This document shows, one piece after another, positions 1 to 11,385 of a DNA stretch of 64,000 bases; position 1 is the first letter of the stretch, and every line of letters begins with the position of its first letter. The stretch is taken from assembly GCA_951406725.2 (NCBI GenBank), contig OX597815.1, positions 148,738,001 through 148,802,000 of the forward strand. The letters run 5' to 3'. The position numbers were made by a program, and so were the translations under genes. The notes under the pieces are model-generated. The model saw nothing but the letters and a program-made list of their open reading frames with translations. It ran no database searches and was not told the DNA's origin. This DNA comes from Octopus vulgaris. Taxonomy: Eukaryota.

Positions 1-927
1 TAGCCGAGCCATATTTTCCCGTCTGCTAGAGGATATTTGCCTGATTTCTTAAGCTGTTTCCATGCCCATCCTTGATTCGAGCATTAATTTAGTGTTTGTA
101 ATATACATATGTATTATTTATTCGTCACAGTAGATGCTTCTTTTTATGTGCTACTATTAGTATCATGTCCCAACAGCATGTCAGACAGCATCCACATGCC
201 ATAACGGACTAAAAATGTTTTAGTGAGTTGTGCTGTGGGCAGTGCCTGATGATATTGCTAGTACACCACGGTATTAAAAAATACTGTCTAGCTTGCTCTC
301 GGCACTCGAAACTAATAGTGGCACATAGAAACGTAAATTGTGTTTATGAAATAATGCTTATCAACTTCCACTTCTAGACCTTACCATTACGATCAGTGCA
401 ATATATATATATATATATATTATGTGTGAAATTATATGTATACAAATATTTATGTATATATATATGAATGCATATATATACTTACATATATATGTGTGGT
501 CGTGTTTGTACGCGTGTGAGTTTGGGAAGTGTACTTATAGTGTTGTTGAGACATTCACATTGCTATATGTCTTCATACCAACCAATGATCAGGAGATGAA
601 TTTGTTTTGTGTCACCAAAATGAATGTTAAAATTTATCGCAGAACATATGAAATACTTTTGCAGGAAATGTACATTTGACATTTATGCTACTTTTAAATC
701 ACTTTGTCACACTTAACTGAGGTCGAATGTTAGTGTACACAATTCTATGTGGAATTTAATAACGAAAATTATTTTATTTTCTGTTTATCATTTGATAAAT
801 ATTAATGTGCATACTCTATTGCTGATTCTCTAGGTTGTAAAGTGGTATCATTCTTTACATAAAACAAAAACTACATTACTTTTCGGATTGCTCACACACA
901 TCTTAACATACATACATACATATATGC

Positions 928-976
<49 letters not shown>

Positions 977-980
977 TATG

Positions 981-1615
981 ATAAACTTTGACCAGTTTCG
1001 ACCAAATATTGGTCCAGGCCAAGTCTAGCTTAATAGCACCGCCTAATAGGATCATTTAAATCCTATTAAAATCAAGTTTCGTGGTATCATGGTCCATTCA
1101 AGTAGTGAGTTCTTGTTGAGTAAATTGTATCCAGGTATATGTGGCTTATCTGGTATTCCATGAAGAAATGTGTCTGGATTCTGTTTAAAGATGATGTGAT
1201 CCTTTTCCACTTTGATCAGTTTTGGGACAATATTAAATAGGTCAGGGCCTGTTGGGCAAATGAAATTGTGTCGCAATGTAACTATATATTGTAATTCTGA
1301 ATTGGGCAGGCAACGTATGTCCCCAGGTCCCAGCCTTCGCTGTACCTTGCAGCTAATTCTCAGATCGTTTGGGCAATGCTGGCGGCATATTCTCCACATC
1401 GTTTAAATGATGGACCGATTTCGGCGGCGCTGGAGAGAGTAGAGTTTCAAGGCTTTAAGGCGGTCACAGTAATCGAGATGTCATGCCCTTAATTCGTTTA
1501 ATGAATGCCCTCTGGAGTGATTCAATTTTCAAGATTTTTGTTTTGTATAGGGAGACAACAGGGAGCAGCAGTATTCATGATATGGCCGTACAGAGGGGGA
1601 GAAAACTGGAATGAT
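981..1615 (-). mobile_element. CR1-type LINE, 3' fragment (degenerate RT C-terminus and 3' UTR)
   Basis: ORF 1052..1399 (QHCPND, GPDLFN, PDKPHIPGY, NSLLEW) aligns by eye with the C-terminus of the RT ORF ending at 35413; shares the 3' UTR motif GGTGCTATTAAG-TAGAC-TGGCC. Confidence 0.85.
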
Positions 1616-2176
1616 GAACACTATTAAAGTTACATCTAATGTAGGATAAAACTTTTTCGAAAAAATTGATAATTTTTTTTTTCGAAAAAGTTTTATCCTA
1701 CATTAGAAGTAAATTTAATAGTGTTCACTTCCGGACTCTCTCACTCTATGAAAGTTTCTAGTTCGAATCACACGTGTCTCGAGATGTGCTGAAGATTTTC
1801 TATTTTGGATGTATTTGGGTTATTTAGTTCTACTCATGAGTTAGTGCTTGCTTTTTCCATGGGTATGACTAAGTATTTCATTTATATCTTACGTATTTAT
1901 CCTTGAGGAGGAGAACATTCTTATGAACTAACTCTGAAATTCGGACCAATACGGTAATGACGGAATTTTTTAGAAATTTCTATCGGCTTGTTTCGAGACG
2001 CATAAATTATAATGGTTATAGACAATTTTGTCTATTTGCGACATAGTTGGCATTACAACTGTTCTTTTCCCCTTATTTTATAAGTTATTTATGAACTTAA
2101 CCGTTGAAGGTATTTTTTAATATGCTGGCCATTCATAAAATTGTTTTCGAAAAAGGTTTATCCTACATTCGATGTA
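1615..2176 (+). mobile_element. Penelope pLTR-like non-coding element with fold-back hairpin and degenerate hammerhead
   Basis: About 50-bp inverted repeat at 1615-1727; the motif TTTTCGAAAAAG-TTTATCCTACATT recurs directly at 2144-2175; hammerhead-like TTGAGGA-GGAG..CTCT-GAAA within 1892-1953. Confidence 0.5.
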
Positions 2177-2185
2177 TATATATAT

Positions 2186-2794
2186 ATTCAATAACTTTTG
2201 CTTGTATATTTTGTCCCTCTGTCTTATCTCATGGTACGATATGAACACTTAACGTGGTTTTTATAGTCAGAATTTCGACTGCTATTACGGCATGTTGGTG
2301 TCTCTCAGACACCCTCATTTTTAATTGTTAAAAATTATTACCTTTCTACGGTATTTTTTCCATGCTGGCCACTTGATAATATTGATACTTAAATATCGAT
2401 ATTATCCTCATATATAAATTTATATAATTCGTTATTATATTCACTGCGGTGTTTATTTTAACCATATCGTGCTTATGGGGTATTTTGGCGGGCAATTTAA
2501 CTGGCCGTGTGCATACGTACATATGTATGTATGGACGTTCGTATATGTAAGTATATCGTTTGTTCTGCATATATATATATGTATTTATCTACCCTTGATA
2601 TATTCAATTGATGACGGTAAAACTTATTTAAAGCAAAACCAGAAATCCTGGATCTTGAATTATTCAATAACTTTTGCTTGTATATTTTGTCCCTCTGTCT
2701 TATCTCATGGTACGATATGAACACTTAACGTGGTTTTTATAGTCAGAATTTCGACTGCTATTTCGGCATGTTGGTGTCACTCAGACACCCTCAT

Positions 2795-2802
<8 letters not shown>
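2186..2802 (+). mobile_element. Direct repeat-hammerhead-direct repeat element (Penelope pLTR/retrozyme-like)
   Basis: About 140-bp near-identical direct repeats at 2186-2327 and 2661-2802, with a hammerhead motif immediately before the second copy; (TA)n on both sides. Confidence 0.65.
2602..2660 (+). ncRNA. Type I hammerhead ribozyme variant (C3U)
   Basis: Stem I AUUCAA/UUGAAU, core UUGAUGA, stem II GGU/ACC, GAAA, stem III AUC/GAU, AUC cleavage triplet. Confidence 0.6.
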
Positions 2803-2827
<25 letters not shown>

Positions 2828-3022
2828 ATTACATTATATAAAAGGGCTTAGTAAAATAAATTACTTTGCCGCATACTGAACTCATTAGAAATAGCAGCTA
2901 AAAAAACTTTTTTAAAACTATCTCCAATACTTAAAGAAAATCTCTCTCATATAGTGTTTGCTCAATTCAACTCACGAAAGTATGAGGGTAGAGGCATTAA
3001 AAAATCAAATGCAAAGGTTATT

Positions 3023-3075
3023 TGAGAACGTACGTTTCAAGATTAGTCAAAATCGACACTTCTATCATCAGCTCA
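3023..3075 (-). ncRNA. Type I hammerhead ribozyme (mirror copy in left arm)
   Basis: Reverse complement of 3478-3530. Confidence 0.75.
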
Positions 3076-3477
3076 GAACTCCCTGGTTTGGATTTGAAAA
3101 CACTGAAAGTGGGAGCATACCCTTTCGGCCTGTTATCGCTTCTGAAGATTTGCTCAAAACTAACAGTGCTAGCAAATTCAAATATGCAAACGAAGAATTT
3201 CTGCTCTCCCCTTTCCACCAGCGTGGGTTAAAATCAGCAAACACTATGCTTTTTTCGGTAAAATCCGAGGCATTATATAGAGAGAGATGAATTATAATTT
3301 CAACAATTTTGTTTGCTGATTTTAACCCACGCTGGTGGAAAGGGGAGAGCAGAAATTCTTCGTTTGCATATTTGAATTTGCTAGCACTGTTAGTTTTGAG
3401 CAAATCTTCAGAAGCGATAACAGGCCGAAAGGGTATGCTCCCACTTTCAGTGTTTTCAAATCCAAACCAGGGAGTTC

Positions 3478-3530
3478 TGAGCTGATGATAGAAGTGTCGA
3501 TTTTGACTAATCTTGAAACGTACGTTCTCA
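3478..3530 (+). ncRNA. Type I hammerhead ribozyme with palindromic stem III
   Basis: Stem I UGAG/CUCA, CUGAUGA 3482-3488, stem II AGA/UCU plus GUC/GAC hairpin, GAAA 3515-3518, self-complementary ACGUACGU, GUU triplet ending at 3526. Confidence 0.75.
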
Positions 3531-3810
3531 AATAACCTTTGCATTTGATTTTTTAATGCCTCTACCCTCATACTTTCGTGAGTTGAATTGAGCAAACACT
3601 ATATGAGAGAGATTTTCTTTAAGTATTGGAGATAGTTTTAAAAAAGTTTTTTTAGCTGCTATTTCTAATGAGTTCAGTATGCGGCAAAGTAATTTATTTT
3701 ACTAAGCCCTTTTATATAATGTAATAATTTGAATTCGCCTTAAATGGTCCCTTTGTATACTGAATACTTGGTGAAATTGATTAATTAATTAATTTTACCC
3801 TCAATTGTTG

Positions 3811-3863
<53 letters not shown>

Positions 3864-6615
3864 GCATAAGGCAGTAAACTCCACCCACTGATAGCTTCTT
3901 CACTTTGGTGGAGATTTGCTTACTCTATTATCCGGCAACGTTATCTGTCTGGGTTGTCATTTTTTCCGTTTTTCCTTCCACTTGTGTCAATAATATTGCC
4001 CTCTTTGTATGACCATTTTTTGATAACCGCAGATTTATATAGATGACTATATTTTTTCAACTAATTGACAGTGTATTCTCTATTCCTTATGAAGCAGTGC
4101 GCCAGTTCAGCTCAATCGGGGTTCCTAGCTTACTTCTGGGATGTTGTTGAAGTATTTTAAAATTTAGTAGCGGTCGCTTTTACTAAGAAAATATACTTAT
4201 ATATTTGTAACAAGATTCTTCAAATGACGAAATCTAACTGTTTCACAACGTAACTGTTTGAGTTTCATTATTCGAATCCTGATAAATGCTTTACTCGCAT
4301 CAAAAAGGTTATGATAAAGTTACCTCGAAATGGATCTCTACTCTATACGTTTTTCTACCCATCCTTCTCTAATATACTTTTTCTACTCTTCACCGTTTTC
4401 TATCTGTCTCTTTCTCTCCCCTCTTTCTCTTTCTCTCTCATTTATCACACATGACCTTCGTCCATCTTTCATTTCTTCACGTGACCATCTTTCTTTCCTT
4501 CCGCGACGTCCTAAGGATTCGATATCTTCTATCTCGCTTTTCTCTATTTTTTCTTTTCAAAGAAAATATTTCTCCCAGCGTTTGCTATTTTCCGCTTCTT
4601 GTGGTCTACCGACCCTCCATATTTATTTTTGTTCGGTTTCCTTGTATGTCTCCACTGTCTGTTTTTGTCCCAACATCGACTCTGCATAAATCCAAAATTT
4701 TATGTTGGTATTTATGGGAGCAACTCTTTTTGAAGACTCATATTTTCGATGAATGCTCAAAATAGGGAGTAGACAGACACCCGACTACTTATGAACTGTC
4801 GTTGTTTGTTACCTGTCCTGTTTTCCATTTTTCTTTCGTTGTTTGCGTATTTAACTCACTTAATTCATATATGTATGTGTGTTTATGTTTATATATATAT
4901 ATGTATGTTTATGTGTGTGTATATCTTACATGGTATAAATTTATAGATACATAATTCTATACACACACTGATATAACTATATTACGTATAATATAACAAA
5001 CATATAATTATAATACAAAGAAAGGTAAATTTCATCATTATATAAACATACATTCACGCACAATATACAAATACACGTACAAGTAAACATATAGACACCC
5101 ATAAATATGTCTAGCTATAACAAGTTTATTTGTAGGCTTATTCTGTCAAAGAATCGAAAACTGCGACATTTTCGGTAAATAGATCTATGTCATTGTTTCT
5201 TAAGTTTCGAGATATATATATATTTATTGATAAAAAGTGTTGTGAATTTTCAAAATTGTTTTCTTTATGACAAAAAATAAATAGAAATTACCAGCAAATT
5301 ATTAATAGTAAAACGATCATTAAATCTTACGAATATGACAAGAAAACTTATGATCAAGTACATGTAATGGCCCTATCTGTAGTTTCTGGAATGTTATTTA
5401 CAGCTTTCTCATATATGTATATATTACTGCAATGATAATGAAGTCAGAAAAATATAATAACAATAAAAGATCTATTATGATTACAAATTTCTAAAACCAA
5501 ACCTGAATTATTGAAATGTCATATTTCAAAACTTTAGAACGGAATAAAATATTACGTATCATGTTGTATTATCTTATATATGAAAGTAGATTTACTCCAT
5601 TGTGACATGTATTGTTTTAAGCAGGGGAATGAAAACTGTGCATAAAAATATAAATATCATGAGACTTCGATCGAATTGGTATTAATCTTGAATAACCACT
5701 TATATCTTATACTCAGAAGTACATTTCCATTTTTATTTGAACGCCTCTTTATTTATTGAAAACATCGCCTTTTCACATTTCACATCGCTACCAGCAGATA
5801 GGTGTCTTTATTACATCGTATTTTATGAGAGTACTCATAGTTTGAGGTTATGTCAAAGTTATTTTGATAACAAAGACAGTAAAATGACTTTTGACTTATA
5901 AACTATATATGATATTTTAGCGACCTCAAAAATTATGCAAACTCAGAAATCAATTTAGATAAGCAGAAAAAGTGGAACGATTTTAAGTATGAGAGGAAGG
6001 GGGTTTAATTGATATTGGTGCAAATTGGCTTCCAGGAATCAAAATTAGTAGCCGGTGACTTATTCCTGAGGCTAACATCAAGCTGTTATAAAACTGTAGC
6101 ATGGGAATTTCATTAGCACGCACACATACCTCTATCATACAAATATCTTTGCCAGAATACAGAAAATATCAGATCAGAATGATTTTATCAGCTATTAGGG
6201 TGGAAAAGTCTCTTAAATGTAAGATATGCTAAATATCACTTTTAGGTACGATATATTTGACTGTAAAAATCTAAATATCTGAGCAACAAGTGCAGTGATC
6301 AATGGAATGTGCATCAGGGCGATCTTGATGCGTTTTAATATTCAGGTCTCAGCACTGTAGAGAAGATTATACGATATTTCTATTCTTAGGTATGCAAGAA
6401 TTTTTGAATTATAATTAGAAGTTCGTTCAGAGCCCATACTTGTCACGCAACATTTAGCGCTGTCTTGGCAAAAAAAAAACCCCGGATTAATCGATATTTG
6501 CTTAAAATGAAAATACGATTTTCAAGCCGTTTGAATCGAAAAGCGTCAAGAGGAATAATTAAGGGGGAAAATTAAGGGGGAAAAAATACCGTAATATAAT
6601 TTTTTAAAGTGCCTG

Positions 6616-6696
6616 CTCTCAATACTCCCTCATTCCTAACTGTCACTAGTAAGGAAAACTTGATAGTGACAGTTGGGAATGAAGGAGTATTGAGAG
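6616..6696. repeat. Short hairpin with about 33-bp arms
   Basis: CTCTCAATACTCCCTCATTCCTAACTGTCACTA pairs with TAGTGACAGTTGGGAATGAAGGAGTATTGAGAG, 2 mismatches. Confidence 0.9.
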
Positions 6697-7149
6697 GAAA
6701 GAAAAAATGAAAATGAAGGAAAAAGTACAAAAAGGACATGAAGAAGAATTATGCAGGAAGGGACTACACAATCAATTCCATGTAGCCATAACAGAAGTGG
6801 CTGCAAAAAATAGGTTGGATTTGTTGATGAATGGAGCCCTAAACAAAGGGATATAATGAACTATACGGGCAGCCTGGCAGCGTGAAACTGAGCCTTGGCC
6901 ACTAACTAGAGGGTCAACTTTAGTAAGGGGAAAGTGGCTCCCCTGTGGTGCATCTGCAATAGACTGCATTAAACCATTGCCTATATCACAAACGAATGAA
7001 CTAGACTTACCCCAAACCACTACAATTTGTGACGACACAACCAAGTAGCGAAAGCGCTACATTGGAAACTGTGCGGTAAGTGGGGACTAGACTTAAGGCG
7101 GACGTGGTATGACCACAAACCGCACAGGGTGGAGGAGTCACTGACTAGC

Positions 7150-7302
7150 AAAATCATCGGAGATTTCACATTTCAAACAGAACAGGTGCTAGAGTATAAC
7201 AGACCGGACCTAGTGGTGGGGGACAAGAATCACCGCTTATGCTATACAGTTGAATTTGCATGCCCCTTTGACCCCTGAATAACCAAGAAGGAAGACGGGA
7301 AA

Positions 7303-7370
<68 letters not shown>

Positions 7371-7620
7371 GTAGATACAACCCTCTGAAGTACGATTTAG
7401 TACCAATTTTTGTTGGATCATTGGGAACAGTATCAGAAGGCATCAAGAAGAATATAAAGGAAATTGGAAATGAATGCCCAGTAGAACTGTTACAAAAGGT
7501 TTGCCACCTGGACATGCCCAGAATACTCAGAAAAGTATTAAGGTGCAGAAAAAACCGAATAGCATGTCATCATAGGCTGCATGTAGTAAGCCCGTTACGC
7601 CTGCAAGACTCCAGGACTTC
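7150..7620 (+). mobile_element. R4/Dong-type non-LTR retrotransposon 3' relic (REL endonuclease) interrupted by (TAGA)n
   Basis: Translates DFTFQTEQVLEYNRPDLVVGDK..VEFACPFD and VPIFVGSLGTV..LLQKVCHL..RILRKVL; (TAGA)n at 7304-7377. Confidence 0.8.
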
Positions 7621-7649
7621 ACACAAAATCTGTGATAAAGGGAAGTAAC

Positions 7650-8600
7650 AAGTTAAGGGTTGAGTAGGATGGAAGATTGCAAAGATGAAGTTCTGTACAA
7701 ACATTTGAGAATGAATGAAAATGAAAATAGGTGGACAAAGGAAACAATGCATGGACAATTTTATAGGGATGTAGAGTATAAGATAGACAGAGAAAAAAGA
7801 TGACTGTAGATGACAAAAAAGGGATTTAAAACCGGAAACGGGGGTTCTAATCTGTGGTGCCAAGAGGAAGTAATAAGGACGAATTACATCGTATACAGAA
7901 CAGACAACACATCAGAAAGTCATAGGTGCAGAATTTGTGGACAAATTGGTGAAACCATATGGCATATTATCAGTCAATGTACGCCACCAGCCCAGAAAGA
8001 ATAAAAGACACGTCATGATAATATAGCATGGGTTGTCCATTCGACACTTAGCAACAAGTGTGGACTTGACAGAGCAAAATGTGGTAGGAATGTAATCCCG
8101 AAGGCATCATGGAAAATGATAATGCAAAGAATCTATGGTATTTTAAGATTCAGTGTGACAATGAGTTAGACAATAGGAAAACAGTGTTATTTGATAAAGA
8201 AAGCAAACGATGCTGGATCGTAGATATAGCATGCCCTGCTGACAACAATGTATGCGATACGGAAGAAAGAAATGTCGATAGATATAACAGGTTAGCTTGG
8301 GAGTTTAATCAGTTGGGATCGGTGAAAAAGGTAGTACCAATAATTGTAGGAACCCTGGGTACAGTAAACAAAAATCTTAAGAAGTACAAGGAAAAAATGG
8401 GAGCTGCACTTGCACAAATAATCACTGCTTGGAACCGCTCAAATACTCCGGAAAATGCTCGGAAAATAAGGTGTGTTACTTTAGTTCACTGGTAGTGAAC
8501 AGCTGACGCCGTAGTACATCTCCAGCGTTAGAAGCTGTGCAAAGGCATCAGCATCAACAACAGCAACAACAACAACAGCAACAATAATAATAACGGTAAT
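7650..8600 (+). mobile_element. R4/Dong-type LINE 3' fragment (CCHC finger and REL), pseudogenised
   Basis: MHGQF, CRICGQIGETIWHIISQC, RHDN, VDIACP, VPIIVGTLG motifs with stops and frameshifts; (CAA)n(TAA)n tail. Confidence 0.85.
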
Positions 8601-8603
8601 GAT

Positions 8604-8831
8604 AAGGCGGCGAGCTGGCATAAACGTTAGTACGCCGGGCGAAATGCGTAGCCGTATTACGTCTGCCGTTACGTTGTGAGTTCAAATTCCGCCGAGGTCG
8701 ACTTTGCCTTTTATCCTTTCGGGGTCGATAAATTAAGTACCATTTACACACTGGGGTCGATGCAATCGACTTAATATTTATGTCTGTCCTTGCTTGTCCC
8801 CTCTGTGTTTAGCCCCTTGTGTAAAGAAATA
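8604..8831 (+). mobile_element. tRNA-derived CORE-type SINE (family A)
   Basis: GGCGGCGAGCTGGC head, B-box GAGTTCAAATTCC, CORE-like GCCTTTTATCCTTTCGGGGTCGATAAATTAAGTACC; other copies at 14476 and 62690. Confidence 0.85.
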
Positions 8832-8879
8832 GATAATGATAATGATAATAATGATGATAATAATGATAATGTTAATAAG

Positions 8880-10879
8880 TTTAATAGAAAGCAGCGTATT
8901 CTCTAATGTACAAAAAAGACGTAAACGTGGATCCTATGGTTGTAAAGATCAGCTCCTCATCAATAGGATGATCGTAGAAGATTGTCACAAACGACAAAAA
9001 GCTTGTCAATAGCCTGGATAGACTATAGAAAAGCTTTTGATAGCCTACCACGTAGCTGGATTAATAAATGCCTGGAAATATATGAAATAGCGCCTATTCT
9101 GCGAAAGATTTAACTGTAAGTATGAGATCATGGACAACCACAGTAACTTTGAACAGTGACGATGAATCTCTAAATGCTGGTGATATAAATATTTCATGTG
9201 GCATTTTCCAAGGTGACTAACTATACACACTCCTCTTTTGTTTAGCCTTAATACCTCTCTCAAAATTGTTCAATGATGCACAGTAAGGTTTAAAAATGTT
9301 TGATAAAAATATAAATCATCTCATTTACATGGATGATGTAAAGCTCTTTGCAAAAAATGACCAACAACTCAAGGGCTTACTAGCGATTGTTAAACAATTC
9401 AGTGATGACATCAGAATGCAATTTGGCCTCGATAAATGTGCAGAAACTACATTTATCAAAGGAAAAATGACAGAAACATCTAACGTTAACCCTTGATCAG
9501 CAGAATGTCATAAAAGAGGAAGACCCAGTGGAGAGCTATAAGTACCTAGGGGTAACTGAAGGGGACGGAATAAGGCATTCAGGGATGAAGGAGACGATCA
9601 AGAGAGAATGTTATCGCAGAGTAAGAGCAATACTCAAGGCAGAGGTAAATGCGAGAAACAGGTTCGAAGCAATCAATGCTTTAGCCATACAAGTCGTGAT
9701 TTACAGTTTCAATATCGTGAACGTGTCAATTATTGAAATATTTAATCTTGACAGAAAAATACGAAAACTGTTGACAATGCATAGAATGCACCACCCTAAG
9801 GCACATAGAGAACGACTTTATCTGCCAAGAAAAGAGGGAGACAGTGGGCTTTTACAGCTGGCAATAACAATGAAGATTATCGCAATTGGCCCAGACACCT
9901 ACCTGAAAATCTCTGAGGACTGGATGTTAAAACTTGTCTCAAAACATGAAAACAAGAAAGCATCATACTCACTAACCAAACAGGCAAAGGAATATCTAAG
10001 TGAATTCCGAATACAAAAATTTCGGAATTAGACATACAAGACACAAGCACAGAAAAAGGCTAAGCGCATGAAAACCCGTGAAAAAACTGCTGCCTTAGAT
10101 ATTCTGATTGATAAATGGCAAGAAAAAACCTCTCAAATGCAAATACCCAAAGAAAGCGAATAATGCCGATGTTGACAAAACCCTGACCCATCAATGTCTA
10201 ATGGCCTCTTGGCTTAAATTCTGAAAAAGAAGGGTTTATCATAGCAAATCAAGAGGAGTGCCTACCTACAAGGAACTACCAGGCCAACATATTAAAGAAC
10301 GGCAGTAGCCCAACATGTCGTGTATGTCAACAACATAATGAAACCATTGAACATGTCTCCAAGTGCAGTCTTCTTCAACCAACAGAGTATCTCAACAGGT
10401 ATGATAGAGCTGCACAATATATTCACTGGGTAAGTTGCAAAAGCCTGGAATTGCCCTTTGATAAATATAAAGATCTTGAAATAGAAATCAGCAAAATGTG
10501 GAACCTGCAGACTAAAACAATACATGTTGTTATAGGTGCTTTGAGAAGGATAGCAAAAGGGGCTGATTGCTACCTAACTCAGATACCAAGAAACTCCAAA
10601 ATGGCAGAAATTCAAAAGATAGTGCTCATTGGAACTGCTCATATCGTACGCAAAATACTTTCTATGTAATCTGAAATTTTAAAACAAACATAATACTCTT
10701 ATGATTTTTAAAATCTTCACTAGTACAACACTAAGTACAAAACTAAATATATAGCACCCTATGCATAACACCAACATGAACCTCCATCATGTTGTCTCTT
10801 GAGGTCTCTGGGTGAGACTTCGAGCCAGCTAGTACAAATGTAAAGCAAAAGTCAAATATAGAATAATAATGATAATAAT
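8880..10879 (+). mobile_element. R4/Dong-type LINE, 5'-truncated, degenerate RT plus CCHC finger and partial REL
   Basis: GCKDQLLIN, AWIDYRKAFDS, GIFQGD, HLIYMDDVKLF, FGLDKC, YKYLG, RLYLPRKEG, KYKDLEIEI motifs over several broken ORFs; TAA-type tail. Confidence 0.92.
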
Positions 10880-11104
10880 TCTTATATTCTTTTACATGCT
10901 ACAGTTATTTGACTGCGGGCATAGTGGAGCACCAACTTTAGTCGAGCAAATCGACCCCAGTGCTTATTCTTTCTTAGTCTAGTACTTAATCTATTGCTCT
11001 CTTTTGCTGAACCGCTAAGTTACGGCGACGTAAAGACACCTACATTGGTTGTTATGTGCTGAAGGGGGATAAACACAGACACAAAAACCTATAGGCACAT
11101 GAAC

Positions 11105-11150
<46 letters not shown>

Positions 11151-11283
11151 TTCGAGGGACGTTTTTCAGTTTTCGCCTGCCAAATCCACTCAAAAGAATT
11201 TGGTCGGCCCAAGGCTAGAGTAGAATACTCTAGCCCATGTAGTTGGAAAGCAAGCTACTTATCACCCTGCCACTCCTACGCCT
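10880..11283 (-). mobile_element. tRNA-derived SINE (family B) with internal (TA)n
   Basis: Reverse complement aligns to the 21962-22430 copy (GGCGTAGGAGTGGC head, ACTTAGCGGTTC, GGTGCTCCA tail); internal deletion. Confidence 0.8.
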
Positions 11284-11294
11284 ATGATAATAAA

Positions 11295-11371
<77 letters not shown>

Positions 11372-11385
11372 TAATAATAATAATA
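11284..11385. repeat. (TAA)n microsatellite
   Basis: Direct reading. Confidence 0.95.

Larger units (their letters stand above)
2828..3725. repeat. Long inverted repeat: 416-bp arms, 66-bp spacer
   Basis: 2828-3243 is the reverse complement of 3310-3725; mirrored identical ORFs in the track (2958+/3595-, 3022+/3531-) confirm the symmetry. Confidence 0.97.

Noticed and set aside
2958-3595. Mirrored ORFs of 110 and 175 aa
   Set aside because: Products of the palindrome with TTG starts and no recognisable domain
4279-4345. Possible hammerhead (AGGT..ACCT-CGAAA)
   Set aside because: No CUGANGA core and no stem I
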